Below, piece after piece: positions 49,573-59,180 of a DNA stretch of 64,000 nucleotides. A model generated the notes under the pieces. The model was not told where the DNA came from, searched no databases, and saw nothing but the letters and a program-made list of their open reading frames with translations. Each line of letters opens with the position of its first letter. Within the stretch, counting starts at the first letter, position 1. The DNA lies in contig CAMNHK010000001.1 of NCBI GenBank assembly GCA_946539445.1, forward strand, positions 9,845 to 73,844, written 5' to 3'. Origin of the DNA: an uncultured Bacillales bacterium (GTDB lineage Bacteria > Bacillota_I > Bacilli_A > RF39 > UBA660). The position numbers and the translations under genes were made by a program.

Positions 49573-50564
49573 CCATCCATTATCAAAATGTGTATCTACA
49601 GGATACGGCTTGTGTATGTGGCCCTTATGAAAAAAAAGGTCCACTTGGAAAGTACTTTGATAAGACATATTCTGATTTTTATTGCGGAGAATCTTCTTTT
49701 GAAAAAGCAGAAGTAAAAATGGTAAAAGATTCGATTCAATGTTTACTTAAAAAAAGTTCTCTTGCGAAGGAAGATATTGATTTGGTAGTAGGAGGAGATT
49801 TGCTCAATCAAATAACAGCGACTACTTATGGGAGTTATGGAGTTGGACAAGGTTTTGTAGGAATTTATGGTGCTTGTAGTAGTAGTGTTTTGGGATTAAT
49901 CCTTGGTTCTACTTTTATTGAAAATGGTTTTGCATCGAATGTGATTGGAGTTGTTTCTTCTCATAATTTAACCAGTGAAAAACAATTTCGTTATCCTATT
50001 GAATATGGAGCCCCTAGACCGAACAGTGCTACTTTTACAGCAACGGGGGCTGCTAGTTGTTTGTTAACTTCTCAAAAATCTAGTATTCGAATGGAATGTG
50101 CAACCATTGGAAGAAGTATTGATTATGGTCAGAATGATTCCAATGATATGGGTCGTGTAATGGCTCCCGCTGCTATTGATACTCTAACTCGTCACTTTCA
50201 AGAGACGGGTAGAGGTGTGGAAGACTATGATTGGATTCTAACTGGGGACCTAGGTGTTTATGGAAAAGAAATTGTGAAAGAATATCTATTAAAAAAATAT
50301 TCTATTGATTTAGAGAAAAAGTATGATGATTGCGGTGTTTTGCTTTACGATTTAGAAAAACAGAAGGAAGTAAAAGCAGGTGGTAGTGGTCCAGCTTGTA
50401 GTCCATTAGTTGTTTATTCTTATTTTGTTTCTCAATTAAGAAAAAAGAAAATTAAAAGAATTTTGTTTTTAGCGACAGGTGCTTTATTTTCTCCTTTATT
50501 TTTATATCAAAAAGAAAATATTCTTTCCATTTGTCATGCTGTTAGTTTGGAGGTGGTCGATTGA
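49569..50564 (+). CDS. spoVAD: stage V sporulation protein AD
   Basis: Thiolase-like fold. VGGDLLNQ and GIYGACSS motifs match SpoVAD. Confidence 0.8.
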   Translation: MTIHYQNVYLQDTACVCGPYEKKGPLGKYFDKTYSDFYCGESSFEKAEVKMVKDSIQCLLKKSSLAKEDIDLVVGGDLLNQITATTYGSYGVGQGFVGIYGACSSSVLGLILGSTFIENGFASNVIGVVSSHNLTSEKQFRYPIEYGAPRPNSATFTATGAASCLLTSQKSSIRMECATIGRSIDYGQNDSNDMGRVMAPAAIDTLTRHFQETGRGVEDYDWILTGDLGVYGKEIVKEYLLKKYSIDLEKKYDDCGVLLYDLEKQKEVKAGGSGPACSPLVVYSYFVSQLRKKKIKRILFLATGALFSPLFLYQKENILSICHAVSLEVVD

Positions 50565-50911
50565 AACTGATTTATTCCTTTTTATTTTGTGGGATGATAT
50601 GTATGATTAGTCAAATTGTTTTAGATCACTCTAAATTATCTCCAGGACATATTACTTCTATTTTAGTGGTTTTGGGAGCTTTTATGGACCTTTTTCATTG
50701 GTATGATACCCTTATTAAGGTCGTTGGAGCTGGCGCTTCTTTACCTATTTGTAGTTTTGGTCATTCTTTGATACATGCTACTTTAAAGAGTGCCCAGGCA
50801 AATGGATTTTTAGGTTTATTTACTGGGATGTTTGATTTAACATCTGGTGGTATTGTGGCAACTATTCTTTTTTCTTTTCTTTTTTCTCTCCTTTTTCATG
50901 CGAGAGATTAA
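50561..50911 (+). CDS. spoVAE: stage V sporulation protein AEb
   Basis: 116-aa membrane protein, paralogous in composition to the upstream SpoVAC-like gene. Conserved position after spoVAD. Confidence 0.7.
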   Translation: MKLIYSFLFCGMICMISQIVLDHSKLSPGHITSILVVLGAFMDLFHWYDTLIKVVGAGASLPICSFGHSLIHATLKSAQANGFLGLFTGMFDLTSGGIVATILFSFLFSLLFHARD

Positions 50912-50914
50912 AAA

Positions 50915-50950
50915 AACTTTCCACTGTTTTTGTGGAAAGTTTATTTTTGT
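50915..50950. terminator. bidirectional terminator
   Basis: AAACTTTCCAC-TGTTTTT-GTGGAAAGTTT hairpin between convergent genes. Confidence 0.7.
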
Positions 50951-51243
50951 TTGGATATTTCAATTATTTTGTTCATATCATCATCTTTGGCAATGATGTT
51001 TTTATGGGATTGATGACATTTATTACATTGATAGAGTATTTTGTAAGTATCTTTATATTTTTCTATTCCTATTGGTTCTAATAATCCTTTACATGGATTT
51101 GTGCGATCTCCTGGATTGATATCTACATGTTTGGAATAAAGGCAGTGGGGGCAGTGATCTCTGGAAGTATAGCCTAAGGGAGTTACTTCTTTTTGACAGT
51201 GTTCACAGATAAAACCTTCGTCTAATTCTTGAAATCGTTTCAT
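50941..51243 (-). CDS. RNHCP-domain zinc-finger protein
   Basis: RDHCPHC...CKG...C.KC arrangement with the RxHCPxC signature. GGTGGTGATA RBS before ATG at 51243. Confidence 0.5.
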   Translation of the reverse strand: MKRFQELDEGFICEHCQKEVTPLGYTSRDHCPHCLYSKHVDINPGDRTNPCKGLLEPIGIEKYKDTYKILYQCNKCHQSHKNIIAKDDDMNKIIEISKQK

Positions 51244-51329
51244 AGTATCACCACCTTCATTATAGCTTATTTTTGACAAAAATGGAATTATGTAGTATAA
51301 TATAGCCAAATTTTGAGGGGGATTTTAAA

Positions 51330-52361
51330 ATGGATTGGAAAAAGTATATTGCGACAATATTAGCGCTTGCGGCAATTATTTCTGTAGGAAAGAGTTTGGG
51401 TAAAGATGAAGAAAAATCTAGTGGTTCTAATATTGTTATTCCTAGAATAACTCCTGCTGCTCAAACAGAAGTTACTCCACAACCAAGCAATATGTATGCA
51501 ATTGTTAATGAAAGTGTTTATCACAATTTAGTCGAGGCAAAACGTAATTTTGAGCAATTATTTCAAAATGGGGATGTAAGTTCTCAATTAAAGAGTCATG
51601 GTATTTCTTTATCAGGAGATAATGCCGACTTTATTCGATCAAATGCTAAAAGTATTTATGATACGATTTGTAGTTATATTCAATCTTTTGAAAAGGGAGA
51701 TTCAAATGCTTGCTACAGCTTTGGAGCCTCTTTGTATGACTACTATTATCATACTTTAAGTAGAGAGTATTTATATAATGTTATGGTGGCATCTCAATTA
51801 CCATCTGCTTATCAAGGTAGCTTTTCAGCAAATCCATATGATTCTTATGGTAATATTTGTTTACAAAATGGTAATAAGATTTGTTTTATTGGTGGAAGTG
51901 ATGATTTAGTTTGTCCTACACCTTATTATGGAGATTATTATAATGACATGTATGTTCGCAGTGAGTGGTATAAACATTTACCATCTATCTTATGTGACTA
52001 TTATGGAGTATTAAAAAATAGTGATGGCGATAATGGTATTTGTTATATTATGAATGAAGCAAGAGCAGAACGTTATTGTTCAGGAGAGTGGGCTTCTATT
52101 AAAGAGGATGGACAATCTATCTATGGATTTAATGCCCATGATGCTCGTGTTGTTTGGGACTATAATGCTAATTGTTATATCTTTGTTGGTCCTAATGATG
52201 AAGTATATGGACCTTTGACTTCTAGTGAGGCTAGTCGAGTAAATGGTATTAATACGGTACAAGATGCTCTTGTATTAAATGAAGGAAGTCCTTATACAGT
52301 TGATTCTTGTATTCGTGATATGCTAGGAAGACAAAGTGCTAAAACTTATATTTATTATTAA
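51330..52361 (+). CDS. secreted Cys-rich hypothetical protein
   Basis: GAGGGGGA RBS and a signal peptide. About 14 Cys residues. Confidence 0.45.
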   Translation: MDWKKYIATILALAAIISVGKSLGKDEEKSSGSNIVIPRITPAAQTEVTPQPSNMYAIVNESVYHNLVEAKRNFEQLFQNGDVSSQLKSHGISLSGDNADFIRSNAKSIYDTICSYIQSFEKGDSNACYSFGASLYDYYYHTLSREYLYNVMVASQLPSAYQGSFSANPYDSYGNICLQNGNKICFIGGSDDLVCPTPYYGDYYNDMYVRSEWYKHLPSILCDYYGVLKNSDGDNGICYIMNEARAERYCSGEWASIKEDGQSIYGFNAHDARVVWDYNANCYIFVGPNDEVYGPLTSSEASRVNGINTVQDALVLNEGSPYTVDSCIRDMLGRQSAKTYIYY

Positions 52362-52365
52362 TGAA

Positions 52366-52396
52366 AAAGAATAGTTTTCCGCTATTCTTTTTTTAT
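52366..52396 (+). terminator. rho-independent terminator
   Basis: AAGAATAG-TTTTCCG-CTATTCTT hairpin plus T7. Confidence 0.65.
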
Positions 52397-52429
52397 GTTA
52401 TAATTTTGATATAGTGCGGAGTGATACTT

Positions 52430-53152
52430 ATGGAAATGAATTTAAAGATACAAGATTTTGAAGGCCCTTTGGATTTATTACTTCATTTGATTAAAGAATC
52501 TAAGATGGATATCATGAATATTGAAATTGAAGTGATAACGAAACAATATATGGATTTCCTTCATCAACAAGAGAAAATGAATTTGGAAGTTTCTTCTGAA
52601 TATTTAGTTCTTGCTTCTGAATTGTTGGAAATAAAATCGAGGCTATTGCTTCCTAATAATCAAGTGGAAAGTGATGAAGTAGAGGAAGATCCTAGAGAAG
52701 AATTGGTTCAAAGATTATTAGAGTATCAAGCCTATAAAGATATTACAAAGTTATTACAAGAAAAAGAATTATTACGTAGAGATATTTATACGAAAATGCC
52801 AGAAAACATTCAAAATTATGTGGAGGAACAAAAAGAGATTCATAGTGATGTTACTTTGGATGATTTGATTCAAGCGTTTCAAAAGTATTATCAAAGAAAA
52901 TTAGATTCTCGTCCTTTAAAAACAAAAGTAACCGTTAATGAAATTAGCGTATCTTCCCGTTGTAGGGATATTAAGAAGTTATTAAAGAGTAAAAAAAGAG
53001 TATCTTTTTTTGAATTGTTTCCCATTGTATCTAAAGAATATATTGTAGCAACTTTTTTGGCAATTTTAGAGATGGCTAAAAATCGAGAATTAAGAATAAC
53101 GCAAAATGATGCGTTTGATGACATTATTTGTGAGGTGTTAGAAAGTGAATAA
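52430..53152 (+). CDS. scpA: segregation and condensation protein A
   Basis: FEGPLDLLLHLI kleisin N-terminal signature. Confidence 0.8.
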   Translation: MEMNLKIQDFEGPLDLLLHLIKESKMDIMNIEIEVITKQYMDFLHQQEKMNLEVSSEYLVLASELLEIKSRLLLPNNQVESDEVEEDPREELVQRLLEYQAYKDITKLLQEKELLRRDIYTKMPENIQNYVEEQKEIHSDVTLDDLIQAFQKYYQRKLDSRPLKTKVTVNEISVSSRCRDIKKLLKSKKRVSFFELFPIVSKEYIVATFLAILEMAKNRELRITQNDAFDDIICEVLESE

Positions 53153-53723
53153 AGCAGTTTTGGAAGGATTATTATTTGTCGTTGGAGAAGATGGACTAAC
53201 GCTCGATCAAATTGAAGATGTTTTAGAAATAGGAGAAGAAGAATCTCATAATCTTATTATGGAATTAAAAAAAGATTATGAAGATGATAGTAGAGGACTT
53301 CGAATTGATTTTTTAGGGAATCGTTTTAAACTTACTACGAAATTTGAACATAAAAAGTATTATCAAAAATTAATTGAAAATCCTGAAACTAATACTTTGT
53401 CTCAAGCTGCTTTAGAGACACTAGCAATTATTGCCTATAATGAACCTATTACGAGAGTTCAAGTGGATGCGATTCGTGGGGTTGGTTCTACGTCTATCAT
53501 TCGTAAGTTGGTTGCGAAAGGTTTTATCAAAGAAAGTGGAAGAAGTGATATACCTGGTAGACCAATTTTATATGAAACAACCAATGAGTTTTTAGATTAT
53601 TTTGGATTGTCTTCGGTAGAAGATTTACCAAATATTGAAGATATTATTGAAACAAGTCCTGAAGAAGTAGATGATAATACCGATTTATATACTTCTCGCT
53701 ATGAAGAGGTTGAAGAATCTTAA
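53145..53723 (+). CDS. scpB: segregation and condensation protein B
   Basis: Tandem winged-helix composition (LEALLFV-like start, AALETLAIIAYNEPITR). Overlaps the scpA stop. Confidence 0.85.
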   Translation: MNKAVLEGLLFVVGEDGLTLDQIEDVLEIGEEESHNLIMELKKDYEDDSRGLRIDFLGNRFKLTTKFEHKKYYQKLIENPETNTLSQAALETLAIIAYNEPITRVQVDAIRGVGSTSIIRKLVAKGFIKESGRSDIPGRPILYETTNEFLDYFGLSSVEDLPNIEDIIETSPEEVDDNTDLYTSRYEEVEES

Positions 53724-53792
53724 AAATCGAATGGATTCCATGAAAAAAATGTTTGTTTTTTAAAAAAATATGGTATAATCTAATTGTTACTG

Positions 53793-53878
53793 CTTCCATG
53801 GCGGAATTGGTAGACGCGGCAGACTCAAAATCTGCTTCTAGCGATAGAGTTCCGGTTCAAGTCCGGATGGGAGCACCA
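53793..53878 (+). tRNA. tRNA-Leu (anticodon CAA)
   Basis: GCTTCCA acceptor stem pairing with TGGGAGC. GGAATTGGTAGAC D-arm. Anticodon loop CTCAAAA. Long variable arm. GGTTCAAGTCC T-arm. Encoded CCA. Confidence 0.85.
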
Positions 53879-53888
53879 ATTAGAATTT

Positions 53889-53915
53889 GACTCGACTTGT
53901 GTCGAGTTTTTTTAT
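53889..53915 (+). terminator. rho-independent terminator after tRNA-Leu
   Basis: ACTCGAC-TTGT-GTCGAGT hairpin plus T8. Confidence 0.75.
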
Positions 53916-53975
53916 TAGTCCTTGTCTATCATAGAAATGGCATGATATAATTTGAAATAGGATAGGAGTTATTGT

Positions 53976-54497
53976 ATGCGAAAGATATATTTTGTTTTAA
54001 CTTATTCTGGATCGATATTGTCTAAAATTGTTAAGACTTATACGGGAACAGAATTTTCTCATGTATCTCTTTCTTTGGATGAGAATCTAGATGAAATGTA
54101 TAGTTTTGGACGCTTAAATGCCTACAATCCTTTTATAGGTGGATTTGTACAAGAGTCTCCAAAATTTGGTACTTTTAAGCGATTTTATAATACGAAAAGC
54201 AAAATATATTCCCTTGAAGTTAGTGAAGAACAATATGAATCAATCCAATCGTTGATTCATACGATGTTAGAAGAAAAAAAAGATTATCGTTTTAATACAA
54301 TTGGGTTATTTGCGGTAGCTCTTCATCTAAAAGTACGCAGAGAAAAATGCTTTTATTGTGCTGAATTTGTAAAGTATGTGTTAGATTCTTCTAACTTAGA
54401 ATTGGCTCTTCCAGAGTTAATAAAACCAGATGATTTTGAGAATTTAGAAGGATGCCAAGTTATTTATTATGGGAAGTTAAACCAATATCGTGTATAA
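53976..54497 (+). CDS. hypothetical protein, possibly permuted papain-like (YiiX/DUF830-type) hydrolase
   Basis: An early His (FSHVSL) and a later Cys (CAEFV) are in the order seen in permuted NlpC/P60-like amidases. Weak. Confidence 0.35.
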   Translation: MRKIYFVLTYSGSILSKIVKTYTGTEFSHVSLSLDENLDEMYSFGRLNAYNPFIGGFVQESPKFGTFKRFYNTKSKIYSLEVSEEQYESIQSLIHTMLEEKKDYRFNTIGLFAVALHLKVRREKCFYCAEFVKYVLDSSNLELALPELIKPDDFENLEGCQVIYYGKLNQYRV

Positions 54498-54523
54498 GTT
54501 ACTATTTTTTTAATTTTATGTAT

Positions 54524-54552
54524 TGATTTCATACTTTTTTAATGTTACAATC
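54524..54552 (+). promoter_or_regulatory. sigma-A-type promoter (TTGATT-17-TACAAT)
   Basis: Hexamers with 17-nt spacing, about 70 nt upstream of the first TasA-like gene. TTGTAC...GTACAA inverted motifs lie just downstream. Confidence 0.45.
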
Positions 54553-54619
54553 TTATTGTACATAGTAGGAAAGGTGGCATTGCGCGTACAACAAATATAT
54601 AGAAACAATGGGTGATTGA

Positions 54620-55321
54620 ATGAAAAATGAAGTAGAGGTAAAGGCCCAAACAATTTACAAAAGAGAATTGACTAAAAAATTTGTAAAGGTATTATTTTTA
54701 CTTTTGTTGATTTTGGTGTCAGTTATCTATTTGGTTTTATATGTTGTTTATCAAGGCGGAAAGTTTACTGTTACTTTGGACAAAAACTTATCCAATCGAA
54801 AAAATGTCTTTTTATCGGAAACTGGTAAGTTTTCTGGAAAGACTCGAGAGTTGAAAACTGAGACGATTCATTATATGGATAATATCTCTATCAATTGGAT
54901 ACCAGAAAATATTGATCAAGAAAAAACGGGATCACATAATGGCGACAATTATATCGCTTATACATTCTATGTGGTGAATGCCGGTAAAGAAAAAGTTCAT
55001 TATTGGTATGAAATTGATATTGATGATAGTATTTTGAATGTTGATGAGGCAATTCGTATTATGATTATTCGAAATGGTGAAAGAGTTGTCTATGCTAAAA
55101 AAAGTATTGTAGATGGAGAGCCTGAGAAAGGTACGACAAAATTTGTTTCAGATACTGTTGCAGTACTGGAACAAAGAAAAGATTTCAAACCGAATTCTAA
55201 AGACCGCTATACCGTGGTAATTTGGATTGAAGGGGATGACCCAGAGTGCAAAAATGATCTCTTGGGCGGTGAAATTAAATTGCACATGGATTTTACTGAG
55301 GAACATATTGATAAGAAATAG
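54620..55321 (+). CDS. membrane-anchored TasA/camelysin-like protein, paralog 1
   Basis: N-terminal signal anchor. C-terminal IWIEGDDPEC...LGGEIKLHMDF block is shared with the next gene (MWIEGQDVDCEDH...LAFSLQFSIN). Beta-rich composition. Confidence 0.5.
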   Translation: MKNEVEVKAQTIYKRELTKKFVKVLFLLLLILVSVIYLVLYVVYQGGKFTVTLDKNLSNRKNVFLSETGKFSGKTRELKTETIHYMDNISINWIPENIDQEKTGSHNGDNYIAYTFYVVNAGKEKVHYWYEIDIDDSILNVDEAIRIMIIRNGERVVYAKKSIVDGEPEKGTTKFVSDTVAVLEQRKDFKPNSKDRYTVVIWIEGDDPECKNDLLGGEIKLHMDFTEEHIDKK

Positions 55322-55338
55322 AAGAAGGAGTTTTAAGT

Positions 55339-56343
55339 ATGGCAAAGAAAGAAAATAGAAAAAGTAGAAAGAGAAGAAAGATTCTTTTAGCAATCATTAT
55401 GATTTTATTTGTTGGCGTTGTTTTAACAACTTCAACTTATGCATGGTTTACTGCTAATACAACTGTTACAGTTAATACCATCGATGTAAATGTTTCTACA
55501 TCAGCAGGTTTACAAATTTCTGCAGATGCTAGAGATTGGAAAGCAATCTTAACAAATAACGATTTGTTAAATGCTAGTTGGACTGGTAAGATTAACCAAA
55601 TTCCAAATGGAAGTGATGAAGTTACTGTTCCAGTATCTACTATTGGTAATGTAGATTCTAATGGACTTATGGAAATGTATCGTGGTACAGTAGAAACTAA
55701 AACGAGTGATGGTAGTAATATTTTAACAGCTATTAAATCTACCGAGACAGATGGAACATCTGGAGACTTTATAGCATTCGATTTGTTCTTCTTATCTTCT
55801 GAAAAACAAATGATTTATTTAACTTCTGAATCTAGTGTAGTATTTAGTGGTAGTGCCGATAAAGGTATTCAAAACGCAGCTCGTGTTGCCTTAATTAAGG
55901 AAGGTTCTGTTGCTTATGGTGCTGATCCATCAACTGCTTGGGCTATTAAAGGTAATTTAGCTAAGTTAATTTGGGAACCAAATTTTGATGTTCATAAAGC
56001 TTCTGGTGTTTCTAATGCATCTTTAGTTTATGGAAAAACTACTTCAACAAGTGGGGCTGCTAAATTATCTTATTATGGTGTTAAAGCTCCTATTGCTTTA
56101 GGAGATGAAGTTGCATTAAATGATACAAGTAGTACATGGTTTGCTCCAGTTACAACCGTTGAATCTCCAGCTTCTGGAATTCCAACTACACAATATATTC
56201 AAGCATTTGAAGTAGAAGAAGGAATTACAAAAGTTCGTATTTACATGTGGATTGAAGGTCAAGATGTTGACTGTGAAGACCATGCTTCTGGTAGTGCTTT
56301 AGCATTTAGTTTACAATTCAGTATTAACGATAAAGCTGATTAA
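55339..56343 (+). CDS. TasA/camelysin-like secreted protein with SipW-cognate-type signal peptide, paralog 2
   Basis: N-terminus KKILLAIIMILFVGVVLTTSTYAWFTANTTV resembles the SipW-cognate class (TasA/CalY: ...GTWAAF(N/T)D). AAGGAG RBS. Shared C-terminal block with paralog 1. Confidence 0.55.
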   Translation: MAKKENRKSRKRRKILLAIIMILFVGVVLTTSTYAWFTANTTVTVNTIDVNVSTSAGLQISADARDWKAILTNNDLLNASWTGKINQIPNGSDEVTVPVSTIGNVDSNGLMEMYRGTVETKTSDGSNILTAIKSTETDGTSGDFIAFDLFFLSSEKQMIYLTSESSVVFSGSADKGIQNAARVALIKEGSVAYGADPSTAWAIKGNLAKLIWEPNFDVHKASGVSNASLVYGKTTSTSGAAKLSYYGVKAPIALGDEVALNDTSSTWFAPVTTVESPASGIPTTQYIQAFEVEEGITKVRIYMWIEGQDVDCEDHASGSALAFSLQFSINDKAD

Positions 56344-56358
56344 TAAAATGATTGATAA

Positions 56359-56388
56359 AAGCCTTCCTTATCGAAGGCTTTTTATTCT
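56359..56388 (+). terminator. rho-independent terminator
   Basis: AAGCCTTC-CTTATC-GAAGGCTT hairpin plus T-run. Confidence 0.7.
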
Positions 56389-56400
56389 ATGAGGTGTTTT

Positions 56401-56535
56401 ATGGATTCTATACAAGAAATTAGTAATTTAACAGATGAACAATTGCTGGAGTTATTTCAAATTGTTTCAGCTCATTTACAATACTTACAAAGTTGTATTT
56501 TAGATCCTTCTATAGGAGGTGAAGAAGATGAGTAA
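56401..56535 (+). CDS. unlisted 44-codon ORF (helical mini-protein)
   Basis: GAGGTG RBS 5 nt before ATG 56401. MDSIQEISNLTDEQLLELFQIVSAHLQYLQS... The stop overlaps the start of the next gene. Not in the supplied ORF track because it is under 60 aa. Confidence 0.3.
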   Translation: MDSIQEISNLTDEQLLELFQIVSAHLQYLQSCILDPSIGGEEDE

Positions 56536-58153
56536 TTTTGAAGATTTAAAAATTATGAAAGAAATCAATGTTGATAAAAATCATATTGATAATTTTGTTT
56601 TGGAAACAGAAGAAGGAACCAAGAGAACTAAGGAAAAATTTTATCGTCAAGCAGCTCTACAGCGTAATGAGTATGTTGATAGACAAATTCAAAAATTTAA
56701 TCTTTATCTTGGCAAAATAAAAGAAGAGTTAAAACTTCGTTATCATAACGAAATTCCAGTTTCCAATGAAGAGAACCATAATCAAAATTTACAAAAAGTA
56801 GATGATTTATTGAATTGTATTTTTTTGAATTCTAATATTTCAGATAGTTTTAAGTTAAGAATTGATTTTGTAATTTCTTCTATTCAGGATACTACTACCT
56901 TGGAAGATTTAAATTCTATTTTGAAAGAGTTTATGGATTGTTTTTCTAAGGTTGGAGTTCGTTTAACCATAGATGATTTTAAATATACGATGTTTACGGA
57001 ACGCTTTATGGTTTCTTTCTTTAAAAACCCAGATTTTCAAGATATGAAAGCTATTTTTGAGAAGATTTTCTTTGCGTGCCCAGATATTAAGTTACAGATT
57101 AAGATGAATTTGCGCGAGATTGTTCAAAAATATGCCAAAGAGTTAGCAAATGGTGTTTCTATTGAAAAAACGAAGTGTTTTAATGAGTGCGGAGTTACTT
57201 CTGCTAATGTCATTGATACTTACGTATCTACTCGTCATCGTGTCGGTACCGATATTGCGGTGGACGAATATAATAATACAAAGGTATTCTTGGAAAAAGA
57301 AAAGAGAATTGATGATTATTTATTAGGAGCAGGAGTTCGTGATAAAAACTATGATACTTTCGTTGTAAATGGTGGAAGTTATAGTTCTTTGTCGGATGAC
57401 GATAAATTGCGTTATAATTCTGCTATTATGGGATTTTATTTAACCTTAAATGAGTTAAAGAAATATTATCAATATGAATTCATTATTAAAGATTTAGTAG
57501 AACGCTATAAAAATAAAGATAGTGTTAAAACTCAATATGCTTCTAAGAAAAAAGAAATTGAGAAAGAAGAAAAAGTACGCGCTGCTCTATATAAACAATA
57601 TCAAAAAGCTAATGGAGTAGGGTTGTTTGCCAAGAAGAGCGAAGAAAAAGCTAATTTGGCTATGCTTAAGATGAATGAGCAAATTAAGAAACTTGATAGC
57701 TTATATGCTGAATATAATGATTTGGATATTACTTATCAATTATCTAAATTAAATGATTCTGCTACTATATATGATTTGTTTTTGACGTCTTTAACTTGCT
57801 TTTCATTTTTGGAAAAGTGTTTTATGAGCCAAGAGGAGTTTGCTGCTAAGCCTTTAAAAGAAAATATAAAGGAATATTTCCGTTTCTTATATAATCCGAA
57901 TAATAATTTTTTACGTAAGATCAATGTCTTCGCGGATTATGATATAGCAGCTATTGTAGCAGAAAAATATCGTTTATTAGATTTAAATGTTTTGGATGAA
58001 ATGATTAACCAAGAATCTATTTCTACCACTTTGGATACGGTTGGATTTATCAATTTAATTCAAAATATCGAACGTTCTAAAACGTCTTTACAGACTATTT
58101 CTAATTTGTGTAAGATGAAAGATATTATATCTGATGGAGAAGATGCTTTATAA
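56528..58153 (+). CDS. hypothetical cytoplasmic protein (542 aa)
   Basis: GGAGGTGA RBS before ATG 56528. No signal peptide. No recognisable motifs. Confidence 0.45.
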   Translation: MSNFEDLKIMKEINVDKNHIDNFVLETEEGTKRTKEKFYRQAALQRNEYVDRQIQKFNLYLGKIKEELKLRYHNEIPVSNEENHNQNLQKVDDLLNCIFLNSNISDSFKLRIDFVISSIQDTTTLEDLNSILKEFMDCFSKVGVRLTIDDFKYTMFTERFMVSFFKNPDFQDMKAIFEKIFFACPDIKLQIKMNLREIVQKYAKELANGVSIEKTKCFNECGVTSANVIDTYVSTRHRVGTDIAVDEYNNTKVFLEKEKRIDDYLLGAGVRDKNYDTFVVNGGSYSSLSDDDKLRYNSAIMGFYLTLNELKKYYQYEFIIKDLVERYKNKDSVKTQYASKKKEIEKEEKVRAALYKQYQKANGVGLFAKKSEEKANLAMLKMNEQIKKLDSLYAEYNDLDITYQLSKLNDSATIYDLFLTSLTCFSFLEKCFMSQEEFAAKPLKENIKEYFRFLYNPNNNFLRKINVFADYDIAAIVAEKYRLLDLNVLDEMINQESISTTLDTVGFINLIQNIERSKTSLQTISNLCKMKDIISDGEDAL

Positions 58154-58213
58154 TTTGTAATATTTTTATGATTGTGATATTATTATCTTAGTAAGATAGG
58201 AGAATACAATACT

Positions 58214-59110
58214 ATGAAGAGAATCTATTATTTCTTATTAGCTGTACTTGCAGTATTCTTTTTCCCTGTATTGGCTTTTGCTCAAGAATCTAGTGATTTT
58301 GTAATTGATTTTTCTAAAATCCATTATGATGTAGATACTTCTTCTAAAGAGTTAAAAGCTTTACAATTGTTGTTAGATGAAGGGGTATTTTATAATACTT
58401 CTTTTGATGATGCTATCTCGAATAAATCTTATACTTTGGTTTATCATAATGGAAAAACGGGACTTCTTTATGTGAACCCTTTAACAGGTGAATTTTTGCC
58501 CCAAAATGAAACTATTGAGTATGAATTAGAAGATGATTCTTTTGAAGAGTATGATCGTATTGTTGTTTTATTTCAACCTTTTCAAGGTGATGATTCTGAT
58601 ACGCTAGTTTTAAACTATACTTCGCGTGAGGCCTTCCTTGATAGTCCAGATGTTGGTAAAATAATACTTGATTATCTTGTTGAAAAAAAGAAAATTTCTA
58701 TTTTGGAAGATAAGGATACTGATATGGTTTATCTTTCAAATTCGGATGGTAAGACGTTGCTTTCCTATTCTCTTAATGATGATGGTGCTTATACTGTTTT
58801 CGCAGATGTTTCTGAAAGTGATAATATTTCATTGGATTTAGATGATGAGTTTTATACCTATTTCTTTCGCAGATATGGTCATCCATTACCCCAAAACTAT
58901 CAAAAGGTTCAAGTCTTGTTTCATACCGTTCAATTGAAAACAGTGGATAGAGAAGTACAGACTATTTCTCACAATCCAGTTTCTAGAACACATAATTATG
59001 TGGCTTGTGGACTTATTTTTCTTGGTATGATTGTGGTATGTGGTGGATTATACTTGCTGGATGGATTGATTCGTAAAAAAATATTAAAAAAACAGTCGCA
59101 AAAACTATAA
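58214..59110 (+). CDS. hypothetical secreted protein with C-terminal TM anchor
   Basis: Signal peptide ...VLAFAQE. Acidic ectodomain. C-terminal helix GLIFLGMIVVCGGLYLL plus a basic tail. Confidence 0.45.
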   Translation: MKRIYYFLLAVLAVFFFPVLAFAQESSDFVIDFSKIHYDVDTSSKELKALQLLLDEGVFYNTSFDDAISNKSYTLVYHNGKTGLLYVNPLTGEFLPQNETIEYELEDDSFEEYDRIVVLFQPFQGDDSDTLVLNYTSREAFLDSPDVGKIILDYLVEKKKISILEDKDTDMVYLSNSDGKTLLSYSLNDDGAYTVFADVSESDNISLDLDDEFYTYFFRRYGHPLPQNYQKVQVLFHTVQLKTVDREVQTISHNPVSRTHNYVACGLIFLGMIVVCGGLYLLDGLIRKKILKKQSQKL

Positions 59111-59180
59111 AATCTCTTTTATAGTTTTTTTTTCTGTGTTATAATGTAGGTTAGAAGAATAGATAGTGGTGGTGATTAGA

